From the NCBI GenBank assembly GCA_036676495.1, contig JAKFCT010000080.1, positions 64,001-128,000 of the forward strand: a DNA stretch of 64,000 bases. Reading direction: 5' to 3'. Shown here in pieces: positions 27,542-36,050 of this stretch (positions are counted from its first letter, which is position 1; each line of letters begins with the position of its first letter). The stretch comes from Candidatus Sericytochromatia bacterium (GTDB taxonomy: Bacteria > Cyanobacteriota > Sericytochromatia > S15B-MN24 > UBA4093). Position numbers and translations under genes: made by a program. The notes under the pieces are model-generated. The model was not told where the DNA came from and searched no databases. It saw only the letters and a program-made list of their open reading frames with translations.

Positions 27542-28566
27542 TTACCTTCCTCCGTGCGCTCGGGACGGTACGTGACGCCGAGGCCCCAGATGTCCGAGGT
27601 CTCCTGGAAGCCGCCGTTGCTCCAGCGCTGGGTGGCGTAGCTCAGCTCCGCCCGGACCACGGGGGTCACGCGGAAGCCGATTCCCGCCTTCAGATCGACG
27701 CGCTGGGGCGAGCCGACGCCGTAGGGCGCGTTCTGGAGGGTGGTGGTGGTCCAGGGGTACCATGCGCCCTCGCCCAGCAGCTCGAACCGGCCCAGGGAGA
27801 CGATCCCAGGGATGACGAGGCCGACGCCCCGGCGGGTGTGGGTGAAGTCGAGGACGGTCCCGGAGTAGGGGACGCCGGAGTTGCCGGCCGTGACGTTCTG
27901 CTGGAAGACCGAGAGGCTGGGTGCGATCTCCATGATCGGGTTGCTGAAGACGAGGCCGCCGCGCAGCTTCACGTCGGTCACCTCGGGGGTGGCGACCGAG
28001 GAGGAGGTCGTCGTGTTGGGCAGCGTCATCGGAACCTTGTAGCGGGAGGCTTCGAGGCCGATCAGGGCGTTGCCGGCGCGAAGCTGGCCATGGCCGAAGA
28101 GCGCATTGTCGATCCAGCCCTCGACGGCCTGGCTGCCCTGGCTCAGGCGCAGGTTCTGCAGCTGATAGGCGATGCCCACCTGGGTGTCCATGAGCGGGAT
28201 CCGGGGGGTGACGCGCTCGGGCACGACCGGGGTGTAGGTCGGCTGATAGGTGGGGATCAGCTCGAGCTGGACGGGGCGGTTGAGGGCGTCGACGGGGACG
28301 ATCTTGGACTGGTAGCCGACCGCGCTGAGCTCGACGGCGCGCCGGCCGTTGGCATCCAGCACGATCGTGAAGCGGCCCTGCTCATCGGTGAAGGCCGTGG
28401 CGAGCGAACCCTGCTGCTGGACGAAGACCTGCGAGAGGGGCTGGCCCTTCTCGCCGACGACGCGGCCGGCGGTCCGGGTCTGGGCGTCCGCGGGAGCCTG
28501 GAGCAGGATCGGGCTTGCGAGGGCCGACAGGAGGAGGGCGGCGGGGATGAAGCGATTTCCGTGCAT
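27538..28566 (-). CDS. Secreted protein: carboxypeptidase-regulatory-like N-domain plus probable outer-membrane beta-barrel
   Basis: Signal peptide (ADA-Q). GRVVGEKGQPL...TDEQGRF...SAVGY. C-terminal amphipathic strands ending WGLGVTYRP. Confidence 0.7.
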   Translation of the reverse strand: MHGNRFIPAALLLSALASPILLQAPADAQTRTAGRVVGEKGQPLSQVFVQQQGSLATAFTDEQGRFTIVLDANGRRAVELSAVGYQSKIVPVDALNRPVQLELIPTYQPTYTPVVPERVTPRIPLMDTQVGIAYQLQNLRLSQGSQAVEGWIDNALFGHGQLRAGNALIGLEASRYKVPMTLPNTTTSSSVATPEVTDVKLRGGLVFSNPIMEIAPSLSVFQQNVTAGNSGVPYSGTVLDFTHTRRGVGLVIPGIVSLGRFELLGEGAWYPWTTTTLQNAPYGVGSPQRVDLKAGIGFRVTPVVRAELSYATQRWSNGGFQETSDIWGLGVTYRPERTEEGK

Positions 28567-28592
28567 GCGTGTTTGTCCTTACTGCGTCCGCG

Positions 28593-28994
28593 CTAGGGGG
28601 CCGACGTGATAGCGACCTTGACCACCTGGCTCTTGGAGCGGTCGAGGATGAAGACGAAATTCTGCGTGCCATTCAGATCCGGATCCAGGCCCATGCCCTG
28701 GGGCACGGGGGCGGTGACGCCTTCGGCGGGAGCCGTGACCTTGGTCATGGGGACGGGGTTGCTGCCGAGGAGGATCTTCAGGCTGGAGGCCTGCTTCATC
28801 TCGTCCGTCAGGGTGGCCTGCGGGAAGAACAGGGTCATGGCCCCCGTCGGGGCGACGGTCAGCGTCGCGGGGACGGTGGAGATCTTGCTTTCCGTGGCCG
28901 GGTTGGCGATCAGCGAGGCCTGGGAGTCGCAGCCTGCCAGGAGCCCTGTAGAGACGAGGGCACCCGCGAGGAGGAGCGGTGCAATGCGTTTCAT
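28593..28994 (-). CDS. Hypothetical lipoprotein (133 aa)
   Basis: MKRIAPLLLAGALVSTGLLAGC lipobox. ATG overlaps the stop of the MerR gene (ATGA 28991-28994). Confidence 0.8.
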   Translation of the reverse strand: MKRIAPLLLAGALVSTGLLAGCDSQASLIANPATESKISTVPATLTVAPTGAMTLFFPQATLTDEMKQASSLKILLGSNPVPMTKVTAPAEGVTAPVPQGMGLDPDLNGTQNFVFILDRSKSQVVKVAITSAP

Positions 28995-29803
28995 GATTTC
29001 TTCGCTTTCTGGGTGTTCTTGGCTACTGCCGTTTGGAACTCGTGTTCCCGCGTGAGGCGTTCCCCCACGGCGAGATAGGCTTGATGGTAGATGATGCGCA
29101 TCAGCTCCTGGCCCAGCTCGTTGAGGACCTTGACCTTGGAGGCTTGCTGCTGGGGCGGGATCTGGGTGTAAAGCTTGTCGAAGTAGTAGCGGTACTGCAA
29201 TTCGACCAGTTGGTTGGTCAACTCGCAGGCTTCGCGGAAATCCTCGGGGGCGATCCCGTAGGGGGAGAGCTCCTGGAAAATTTCGGCGACCCGGAGGCCG
29301 TCCTCGTCGAAGCGGGGTTCGCCGCGCTGCGGCTCGCCGCTTTGCGGATCGCCGCCGTGCGACGCTTCGATGCAGGGGGGCGCGGGAGGGACGTGGACCG
29401 GGCGGAGGGCGCCGGCTTCCTGGAGGGCCGTCAGGGTCTGGGGGGAGAGGCCGGTCCGGGCGGCGAGCTCGTCCTGGGTCAGGGGCTCGAAGGTGGGGTC
29501 GTAGCGCAGCGGGCGGTAGAAGCTCTCGTTGAACTCGGCGATCGCCGCCAGCTCCTCGGTGGAGTGGACCGACTGGCAGAGCTTGCGAATCTTCTCCAGC
29601 GGCATGTAGCGCTGGGTCTGAAGCTGCTTGATGATCCGGATGCGGCTCAGGTCGTCCTCGGTGAAGACGCGATGTCCGCCGGGCGTTCGGCGCGAGGAAA
29701 TCAGCCCCATCTTCTCCCAGAAGCGCAGGGTGGATTCCGTCACGTCGCAATCCGGATGGAGGAGGCGCACGACTTCGCCGATGGAGTACGTAATCTCAGC
29801 CAT
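28991..29803 (-). CDS. MerR-family regulator with second HTH-like domain (FtsR/Rv1828-like)
   Basis: YSIGEV...TLRFWEKMGLI..RTPGGHRVF...RYMPLEKIR; second module LTQDELAARTGLS...LQEAGAL...FDED...YGIAPEDF. Confidence 0.85.
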   Translation of the reverse strand: MAEITYSIGEVVRLLHPDCDVTESTLRFWEKMGLISSRRTPGGHRVFTEDDLSRIRIIKQLQTQRYMPLEKIRKLCQSVHSTEELAAIAEFNESFYRPLRYDPTFEPLTQDELAARTGLSPQTLTALQEAGALRPVHVPPAPPCIEASHGGDPQSGEPQRGEPRFDEDGLRVAEIFQELSPYGIAPEDFREACELTNQLVELQYRYYFDKLYTQIPPQQQASKVKVLNELGQELMRIIYHQAYLAVGERLTREHEFQTAVAKNTQKAKKS

Positions 29804-29805
29804 GG

Positions 29806-29868
29806 AACCTAAAGTTGAAGTGGAAGTTCAGACTCATTAACGCTAGCACCGGGGGGCAAGAGCGTCAA
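29806..29868 (-). promoter_or_regulatory. Promoter and candidate operator of the merR-RND operon
   Basis: On -: TTGACG-N17-TAGCGT with extended TG (29868-29840), then AACTTC-CACTTC-AACTTT-AGGTT just before the ATG; no SD. Confidence 0.55.
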
Positions 29869-30048
29869 GCTCCCGAACCTGTCAGCATGCGGGGAGAGGG
29901 CGATCCGGAGTCCCGGGTCGGGGCGTCCGTCGCTTCAGCTTAGTTCGGGATTGTTTCGGTAGTTTTTCGGTAGCTTCCGCGGCGCGAAATCCGGCTCAAA
30001 CGACGCGCGCCCCCCGTGACGCATCACGGAGGGCCAGGCGGGGCCGGA

Positions 30049-31266
30049 TCAGGGCGTGGAGTCGGGGCCGGGGGTCTGGAGCGTGCCCGTCCGTCGTTTC
30101 GGGGCCGTCACCACCATGAGGACCACGCCGACGCCGGTGAAGAGCGCCAGGGCCGAGACGTAGAAGGGAAGGGAGACCTGCAGGGCGTAGAGGACGCCGG
30201 CGAGCATCGGTCCCAGCACGCGCGCCAGGCTGTCGAAGGAGCTCATCATCCCGAGCGCCGCCCCTTGGGCCGAACCGGCCCCCTTGGAGATGCCGCTGGA
30301 GATGGCGGGGCGCAGGACGCCGTGGGCGATGCCCATGATGGCGAGGATGCAGGCGAAGGCGAAGGCCGATGCGCTGGTCGCGCTGATCGAGAGCATGGTG
30401 AGGGCCATGAGCCCCAGGCCGAGGGCGAGGACCAGCCGTTCTCCCGACTGGGTGATCAGGCGTCCGACCAGGCCACCCTGGACGAGCGCCGAGACCAGCC
30501 CCATGACGGCCAGCAGCATGCCGACCGTGCGGGCGCTCGCCTGGGGATCGAGAAAGAGGCGATCCTGCACGAAGAGCGCGAAGACCGTCTCGAAGCCGGC
30601 GAAGGCGAAGGTGGAGAGGAAGGTGACGGTCAGCAGGCCCCAGGCGGCCTTCGGGGTTTCCCGGAGGTTCTGGAAGAAGCCGGCGCGGGCCGGAGCGGGG
30701 GCGTCGGAGTCGCGGCGGGGCAGCGACTCGGGAAGCATCACGAAGGCGAGGAGCGCCGCCAGGAGGGCGATGCCGGAAGCCGCGAAGAAGGGGACGGAGA
30801 GGCCGTAGTGGCCGAGCCACCCGCCAATCGCCGGCCCGAAGACCATGCCGAGTCCCATGGCGGCTCCGACCACGCCCATGCCCTTGGCCCGGTTCTCCTC
30901 GGTGGTCAGGTCGGAGACGGTCGCGAAGGCCGCCGGCAGGGCCGCCGCCGACAGCAGGCCGCCCAGCGCGCGGGACGCCATCAGGCCGACGAGGCTATTC
31001 GAGAGGCCGAACCAGAGGAAGGAGATGGCGAAGCCGAGCAGTCCGAGGATCAGGAACGGCTTGCGGCCGTAGCGATCCGAGAGCCGCCCCCAGAATGGAG
31101 CAATCAGGAACTGCGCGAGCGAGTAGGAGGCCATCATGGCCCCGATGAAGACGGCATCGCCATGAAGGGTGCGGGCGTAGTAGGGCATGGCGGGGATGAC
31201 CACGCCGAAGCCCATCATCACCGTGAAGATCGCGATGAAGAGGACGAAGAGCGGCTTACGTGACAC
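30049..31266 (-). CDS. MFS transporter, TetA/DHA1-like
   Basis: GTG start after AGGAG; motif A WGRLSDRYGRKP; motif C GMVFGPAIGG; about 12 TM segments. Confidence 0.92.
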   Translation of the reverse strand: MSRKPLFVLFIAIFTVMMGFGVVIPAMPYYARTLHGDAVFIGAMMASYSLAQFLIAPFWGRLSDRYGRKPFLILGLLGFAISFLWFGLSNSLVGLMASRALGGLLSAAALPAAFATVSDLTTEENRAKGMGVVGAAMGLGMVFGPAIGGWLGHYGLSVPFFAASGIALLAALLAFVMLPESLPRRDSDAPAPARAGFFQNLRETPKAAWGLLTVTFLSTFAFAGFETVFALFVQDRLFLDPQASARTVGMLLAVMGLVSALVQGGLVGRLITQSGERLVLALGLGLMALTMLSISATSASAFAFACILAIMGIAHGVLRPAISSGISKGAGSAQGAALGMMSSFDSLARVLGPMLAGVLYALQVSLPFYVSALALFTGVGVVLMVVTAPKRRTGTLQTPGPDSTP

Positions 31267-31488
31267 GGAAACTCCTGATGCATGGAGCCGCAGGCGCCAG
31301 GGGGCTGCGGGGGCTGGAAAAAAGGCGTCCTCACCCTAACAAAGATCCGGGGGGGCGTCAAATCCGGGCGTGGCTTCCGGCGCGCGCCCGGAGGCCCGGA
31401 TCGGCGAAAGCGATCGGGTCGGGGGGCCGAATTGGGGTGCTCGAATTCGCTGGGGGTGCTAAGATGGAAGAAGTAGAGTGGAGGCCCC

Positions 31489-31998
31489 GTGTCCAAGGTC
31501 AAGCATCAGGTTTCATCCGGTGGAGTCATCTTCCGCCAGCACAACGGCAAAGTCGAGATCGGTCTCATCGCCCTGCGGGGGGGACGCATCTGGGCCCTGC
31601 CCAAAGGCCGTCTCGAGGAGGGGGAAACCCTCGAGCAGGCGGCTTGCCGCGAAGTCATGGAAGAGACCGGCCTGATCGGCGAGGTGCTTCAGCGGATCGG
31701 CGAGATTTCCTACTGGTTCTACGCCAAGGAAGAAGGCGTCAAGATCCACAAGACCGTCCACTTCTACCTGATTCGCCACCTCCGGGGCGAAACCTCCAAC
31801 GATTCCTGGGAGGTGGACGAGGCCCGCTGGTGGCCGCTGGACGAGGCCCTCAAGGTCCTTACCTACAAGTCCGAGCGTGAAACCGTCGAGCGTGGCGCCG
31901 AGATGATTCGCGCGCTCGGGGAGATGCCCCCCGGGGCGTTGCCTCCTGAGGCCGCGCCTCCGGCCATGCCGCCGGCCAAGCCGGAAGCCTCCTTCTAG
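31489..31998 (+). CDS. NUDIX hydrolase
   Basis: Nudix box LPKGRLEEGETLEQAACREVMEETG. Confidence 0.92.
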   Translation: MSKVKHQVSSGGVIFRQHNGKVEIGLIALRGGRIWALPKGRLEEGETLEQAACREVMEETGLIGEVLQRIGEISYWFYAKEEGVKIHKTVHFYLIRHLRGETSNDSWEVDEARWWPLDEALKVLTYKSERETVERGAEMIRALGEMPPGALPPEAAPPAMPPAKPEASF

Positions 31999-32038
31999 AG
32001 CCGGGCCGCCGGTCCTCAGGCTCGCCGGCCCGCCGGTC

Positions 32039-33091
32039 CTACCCTACGAGAACTCCGCCCCCCAAGAGCAGGTCGCCCTGATAGAAGGCGGCGACCTGTC
32101 CCGGCGTGACCGCGAAGATCGGCTCCTCGAACTCCAAACGGACGCGATCCCCGTCCAGGGGCACGAGCTGGGCCGGCATCGCCGTGGAGCGGTAGCGCAC
32201 TTGCGCCGAGACCCGCAGCGGCTCGCTGGGGCGGGCGATCGAGACCCAGCGGACGTCCCGGACCGTGGCGGCCTGGTCATGCGCGGCGTCGATCGGGCCC
32301 ACGACCACGGTGTTGGTGGCGGCGTCGATGCGGACCACGTAGAGGGGATGCGGGTGCGCGATGCCGAGTCCGCGGCGCTGTCCGACGGTGTAGTAGGCGA
32401 TGCCCTGGTGCTGGCCGAGCGTCTTGCCGGAGACGTCGACGATGGGCCCCGGAGCGAGCTGGGAGCCGATGCGATCCTCGAGGAACTTGCGGGTATCCCC
32501 TGCGGCGAAGCAAATGTCCTGGCTATCGGGTTTGCGAGAGACCTCGAGGCCGATGTCGCGGGCGATCGCCCGGACCTCTTCCTTGGTCTTGTCGCCCAGG
32601 GGGAAGAGGCAGCGTTCGAGCTGCTCCTGGCGCAGGCGGTAGAGCATGTAGGACTGGTCCTTGGTGGGATCCAGGCCGCGCAGCAGCTGCCAGCGGTTCG
32701 ACTCGGGATCGAAACGGTTGCGGGCGTAGTGGCCCGAGGCGATGGCCTCCACGTCGTAGCGCCAGGCGGCTTCCTCGAAGAGCTCCTCGAAGCGGACCTC
32801 GGAGTTGCAGATGGTGCAGACGTTGGGGGTGATGCCTTGCTTGTAGCCTTCGGTGAAGGCGTCGATGACCTTTTCCTTGAAGGACTGCAGGACGTCGATG
32901 GTGTGGTAGGGGAAGCCGAGTTGCTTGGCGATGCGGGCGGCGTCGAAGACGGACTTCATGTCGCAGCAGCGCGATTCGGGGAAGTTGAGGGAGGTGACTC
33001 CCACCAGGTCGTACCCCTGGGATTGCAGTAGATAGGCGGCCACCCCGGAGTCGACTCCCCCGGAGAGGGCCATGGCCACGCGCTTTGGCAC
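32039..33091 (-). CDS. mnmA: tRNA 2-thiouridine(34) synthase MnmA
   Basis: GTG start at 33091; ALSGGVDS, SGHYAR, KDQSYML, DSQDICF, YTVGQRRG, VTPGQ. Confidence 0.95.
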   Translation of the reverse strand: MPKRVAMALSGGVDSGVAAYLLQSQGYDLVGVTSLNFPESRCCDMKSVFDAARIAKQLGFPYHTIDVLQSFKEKVIDAFTEGYKQGITPNVCTICNSEVRFEELFEEAAWRYDVEAIASGHYARNRFDPESNRWQLLRGLDPTKDQSYMLYRLRQEQLERCLFPLGDKTKEEVRAIARDIGLEVSRKPDSQDICFAAGDTRKFLEDRIGSQLAPGPIVDVSGKTLGQHQGIAYYTVGQRRGLGIAHPHPLYVVRIDAATNTVVVGPIDAAHDQAATVRDVRWVSIARPSEPLRVSAQVRYRSTAMPAQLVPLDGDRVRLEFEEPIFAVTPGQVAAFYQGDLLLGGGVLVG

Positions 33092-33147
33092 GGATCGTCC
33101 CTCCCTTTCACTGGAATGGTCCAGTTTACCGCGCATGGCCGCAACGC

Positions 33148-33177
33148 GAAAGGGCCGCCGGGAATTCCCGGCGGCCC
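33148..33177 (-). terminator. Intrinsic terminator after Tyr-rich lipoprotein A
   Basis: GGGCCGCCGGGAATTCCCGGCGGCCC followed by TTTC on -. Confidence 0.7.
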
Positions 33178-33190
33178 CAGCGCGTGGGAT

Positions 33191-33739
33191 CTAGTAGCCC
33201 CAACCGTAGGCGTACGGCCAGTAGTTGTAGCCGTAGCGGTAGAAGAACGGGTAGTAGGAGTACGAGTAGTAGGGATAGTAGTACGGGTAGTAGAAGCCGG
33301 TGTTGTAGTAGTACGGGAAGTAGAAGTTACGGAACGGGAAGAACGAGAAGCTGCGGAAGCGGCTGCGGAAGAACGGCGAGAAGCCTCTGCGGAAGAAGAA
33401 GCGGCTGCGACGCCACTGCTGAATATCGGAGTCGGATCCCTGGTCCATGACTTCATTGGGATTGAGCTTGACGAGCATCTTGGCGGCATCGGCTTCCGAG
33501 ATGCGCGCGGGCAACTGCTTGCGGATTTCGTCGAAGCTCATGGCCTTGCCATCGACCATGATCTGGCGTTCACCGGAGACAAGGCTATCCGGGGCAGCGT
33601 CTCCACCGGGGACGCTCTGAGCTTGCGGGATCACGGCAGGAGCCTGGGTCGAGGCAATGGGCATGCTGCTCGAGCAGCCAAGGGTCCCACCGATCAGCCC
33701 TGTGGTCAAAGCTAGACCGAGCCATCGCTTCGCGCTCAT
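33191..33739 (-). CDS. Tyr/Arg/Phe-rich lipoprotein precursor A (unrecognised family)
   Basis: GGAGG RBS; lipobox TLGC; shared domain QIMVDGKAMSFDEIRKQLPARISEADAAKML; tail begins after IQQ. Confidence 0.85.
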   Translation of the reverse strand: MSAKRWLGLALTTGLIGGTLGCSSSMPIASTQAPAVIPQAQSVPGGDAAPDSLVSGERQIMVDGKAMSFDEIRKQLPARISEADAAKMLVKLNPNEVMDQGSDSDIQQWRRSRFFFRRGFSPFFRSRFRSFSFFPFRNFYFPYYYNTGFYYPYYYPYYSYSYYPFFYRYGYNYWPYAYGWGY

Positions 33740-33827
33740 GCGATAAGTACCTCCCTTATCGGTCGCGGACGAGGTTTCGCCCGACTCCGGGCGCCGCCTT
33801 CGTGACGCGCCATCGACTACGCTTCAT

Positions 33828-33856
33828 AGGCTACCCTTGACCATGGATTCGGGCAA
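33828..33856 (-). promoter_or_regulatory. Promoter of lipoprotein A
   Basis: TTGCCC-N17-TAGCCT. Confidence 0.5.
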
Positions 33857-34038
33857 CGCTCCCTCAGCTGGCCTGAAGGGGGGTGGGGCGGTCGCGCCAA
33901 ACCCCTGCCGTTACGCCCCATGCTCCGATGACGCGGGGGCGTCGGCACGGGGGGCGGCCTTCCGTTCGGGCAGCGCCGACAAAAATCCTCGGCATCTTGG
34001 CCATGGGGGGGAGAGGCGCGCGGGAGGTGGAGAAACGG

Positions 34039-34071
34039 AAAAAGGGGTCGTCGGGATTTCCCGACGACCCC
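34039..34071 (-). terminator. Intrinsic terminator after lipoprotein B
   Basis: GGGGTCGTCGGG...CCCGACGACCCC followed by TTTTT on -. Confidence 0.85.
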
Positions 34072-34083
34072 AGGACGTTTGGA

Positions 34084-34743
34084 TTACCAGCAGCCGCCGT
34101 AGCCGCCGAAGCCGCCGTAGCCCAAGCCGTAGCCGCCGTAGCCGCCGTAGCCCAGGCCGCCCAGGCCGCAACCGTAGGTATAGGGGAAGTAGCTGCCGCC
34201 GTAGCCGTAGAGGTAGGGCGAGCAGAGGGTGTTGGCGAAGTTGTAGGAGTACGGGTAGTAGTAGCCCGCGTTGTAGTAGTACGGGAAGTAGTAGCTGGAA
34301 TAGGGGAAGAATCCGAGGCCGCCGAAGCCCAGACCGCGACCGAAGCCCAAGAAGCGACTGCGGAAGCCCAGGCCGCCGTGGAAGCCGCGCCCGATGAAGC
34401 CGCGACCGCCAAAGCGCCCGCGCCACTGCTGGGTATCGTAGTCACCGTCCTTGGCCACCTTATCCATGTCGAGCTTGACCAGCATCTTGGCGGCGTCGGC
34501 CGCGGAGATGCGGGCGGGCAACTGCTTGCGGATCTCTTCCATGGTCATCGCCTTGCCGTTGACCATGGTCTGGAAGTTATCGACCAAGAGCTGGTCGGGG
34601 GCGACATCGCCGTTCGCCACGGCTTGCACCTGCGGGATCTCGGGAGTTTGCGCGGCAGGGACGTTCGGAACGTTCTGCGCGCAACCGACCGTGCCCATGA
34701 GACTCGTTGCCAGGGCCAGGGTCAAAATCCGAGTCGCTTTCAT
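34084..34743 (-). CDS. Tyr/Gly/Arg-rich lipoprotein precursor B (unrecognised family, 219 aa)
   Basis: Likely start MKATRIL at 34743 after AGGAGG, inside the longer 34084..35487 ORF. Lipobox TVGC; QTMVNGKAMTMEEIRKQLPARISAADAAKML; TQQW. Confidence 0.85.
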   Translation of the reverse strand: MKATRILTLALATSLMGTVGCAQNVPNVPAAQTPEIPQVQAVANGDVAPDQLLVDNFQTMVNGKAMTMEEIRKQLPARISAADAAKMLVKLDMDKVAKDGDYDTQQWRGRFGGRGFIGRGFHGGLGFRSRFLGFGRGLGFGGLGFFPYSSYYFPYYYNAGYYYPYSYNFANTLCSPYLYGYGGSYFPYTYGCGLGGLGYGGYGGYGLGYGGFGGYGGCW

Positions 34744-34828
34744 GCGGAGTGACCTCCTATTCTCACCTGTCGTCACGGCGACCCCCCTATTGGTCTGTCG
34801 TCTTGACGAGCTGTCGCCTATGGGGCAT

Positions 34829-34858
34829 AAGGTAACGCCTCCCGTTGTCCTCCAGCAA
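34829..34858 (-). promoter_or_regulatory. Promoter of lipoprotein B
   Basis: TTGCTG-N18-TACCTT. Confidence 0.45.
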
Positions 34859-35153
34859 CGCCTACTCCGCTGGCTGGAACTCCCGGGGGACGGTCGGGCC
34901 CAACCCCTGCCGTCTCGCCACGAGGGGGCGCGCGCCGTGCGCTCTGGCGAGCCGCCTAGCGGCAGTTGCGGGAGGGCCCGCCGAAAACGTTGGTCCGAAA
35001 CGCCCCGGCGTCCAAGTAGTCGTCCTGCATCGAGGGCCCGTGGCCCTTTTGCTGGAAACTCGCGCCTGCCACGTGGCCGTCTTCCGAGCCCCCCCACGAA
35101 GGGCTGCGCCATGGCCACGGGGGCGACGCTCACGCGAAACGGCCCCCGAACGC

Positions 35154-35185
35154 AAAAGCACGGCGCCCCCGAAGGAGCGCCGTGC
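35154..35185 (-). terminator. Intrinsic terminator after lipoprotein C
   Basis: On -: GCACGGCGCTCC-TTCG-GGGGCGCCGTGC-TTTTG (cUUCGg loop). Confidence 0.8.
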
Positions 35186-35197
35186 GAAGGGAGCGCT

Positions 35198-35773
35198 TTA
35201 CCAGTAGTAGGAGTAGGGGTAGTAGTAGCCGCCGTAGCGGTACATGTACGGATAGTAGGAGTAGGAGTAGTAGGGATAGGTGTACGGGTAGTAATAGCCC
35301 GCGTAGCGATAGTACGGGTAGTAGTACCCGCGGTGGCCGTAGTAGCGGAAGCGGCCGTAGCCATAGCGGCCGTAACCATACCGGCCGTAGAAGCCCCGTC
35401 CGAAGCCCCGCGCGTAGCCCCGGCCGTAGAATCCGCGTCGGTAGCCCCGGCCGTATCTCTGCTGGACCTCGAGGCCCTTGTCTTCAACGATCTTCGAGGT
35501 GTCGATCTCGATCAGCAGCTTGGCGGCATCGGCTTCCGAGATGCGCGACGGCAACTCCTTTCGGATCTGCTCGACGTTCATCGGCTGTCCGTCCACCATG
35601 ATCTGGCGATCATTCTGAATGTGTTGGTCAGGGGCGATGCTGCCTTCGCTGAGGTTTTGAACCTGGGGAACGTCGGCCGGCGTCTGGGCGCCCGGGATCG
35701 CCGGCGCGCAGCCCAGGGCGGTGCCCACCAAGGCCGTGCTCATCGCGATCCCTAGAGTCCGATTCACTCTCAT
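35198..35773 (-). CDS. Tyr/Gly/Arg-rich lipoprotein precursor C (unrecognised family)
   Basis: AAGGAGG RBS; lipobox ALGC; QIMVDGQPMNVEQIRKELPSRISEADAAKLL; VQQR. Confidence 0.85.
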   Translation of the reverse strand: MRVNRTLGIAMSTALVGTALGCAPAIPGAQTPADVPQVQNLSEGSIAPDQHIQNDRQIMVDGQPMNVEQIRKELPSRISEADAAKLLIEIDTSKIVEDKGLEVQQRYGRGYRRGFYGRGYARGFGRGFYGRYGYGRYGYGRFRYYGHRGYYYPYYRYAGYYYPYTYPYYSYSYYPYMYRYGGYYYPYSYYW

Positions 35774-35838
35774 CAGGGGTTTCCCTCCTTAGATAAACCG
35801 CCAGCTGATGCGATGACGGTTGCGTGAACGCAGGGCAA

Positions 35839-35868
35839 AAGCTAACGCTTCTTCGGAGCCCAAGGCAA
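35839..35868 (-). promoter_or_regulatory. Promoter of lipoprotein C
   Basis: TTGCCT-N18-TAGCTT. Confidence 0.45.
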
Positions 35869-36050
35869 CACTCACTTCATCGGCTGTGATCCCCTGCCCA
35901 CGGGGAGTCGGAAGTCTCGCCCGGTCGCGCGCATGCCCCACGGCGCGGGGGCGGCCCGCCCATAGGGGCAAGAGGATGTCATGGCGAGGTGCCAAAAAAT
36001 CGGGTGGGCTTTCTCATGCGCTTGAGCGAACCCGCTGCTAGACTCTCGGT

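Noticed and set aside
34744-35487. N-terminal extension of the 467-aa ORF 34084..35487
   Set aside because: It overlaps lipoprotein C in another frame and crosses a terminator. The lipoprotein signal and SD place the start at 34743.
33191-35773. Triplet as a classical RiPP/bacteriocin cluster or as sulfur globule proteins
   Set aside because: No modifying enzyme, peptidase transporter or sulfur oxidation gene nearby, and the lipobox plus conserved N-domain differ from Sgp as I know them. Kept only as analogies.
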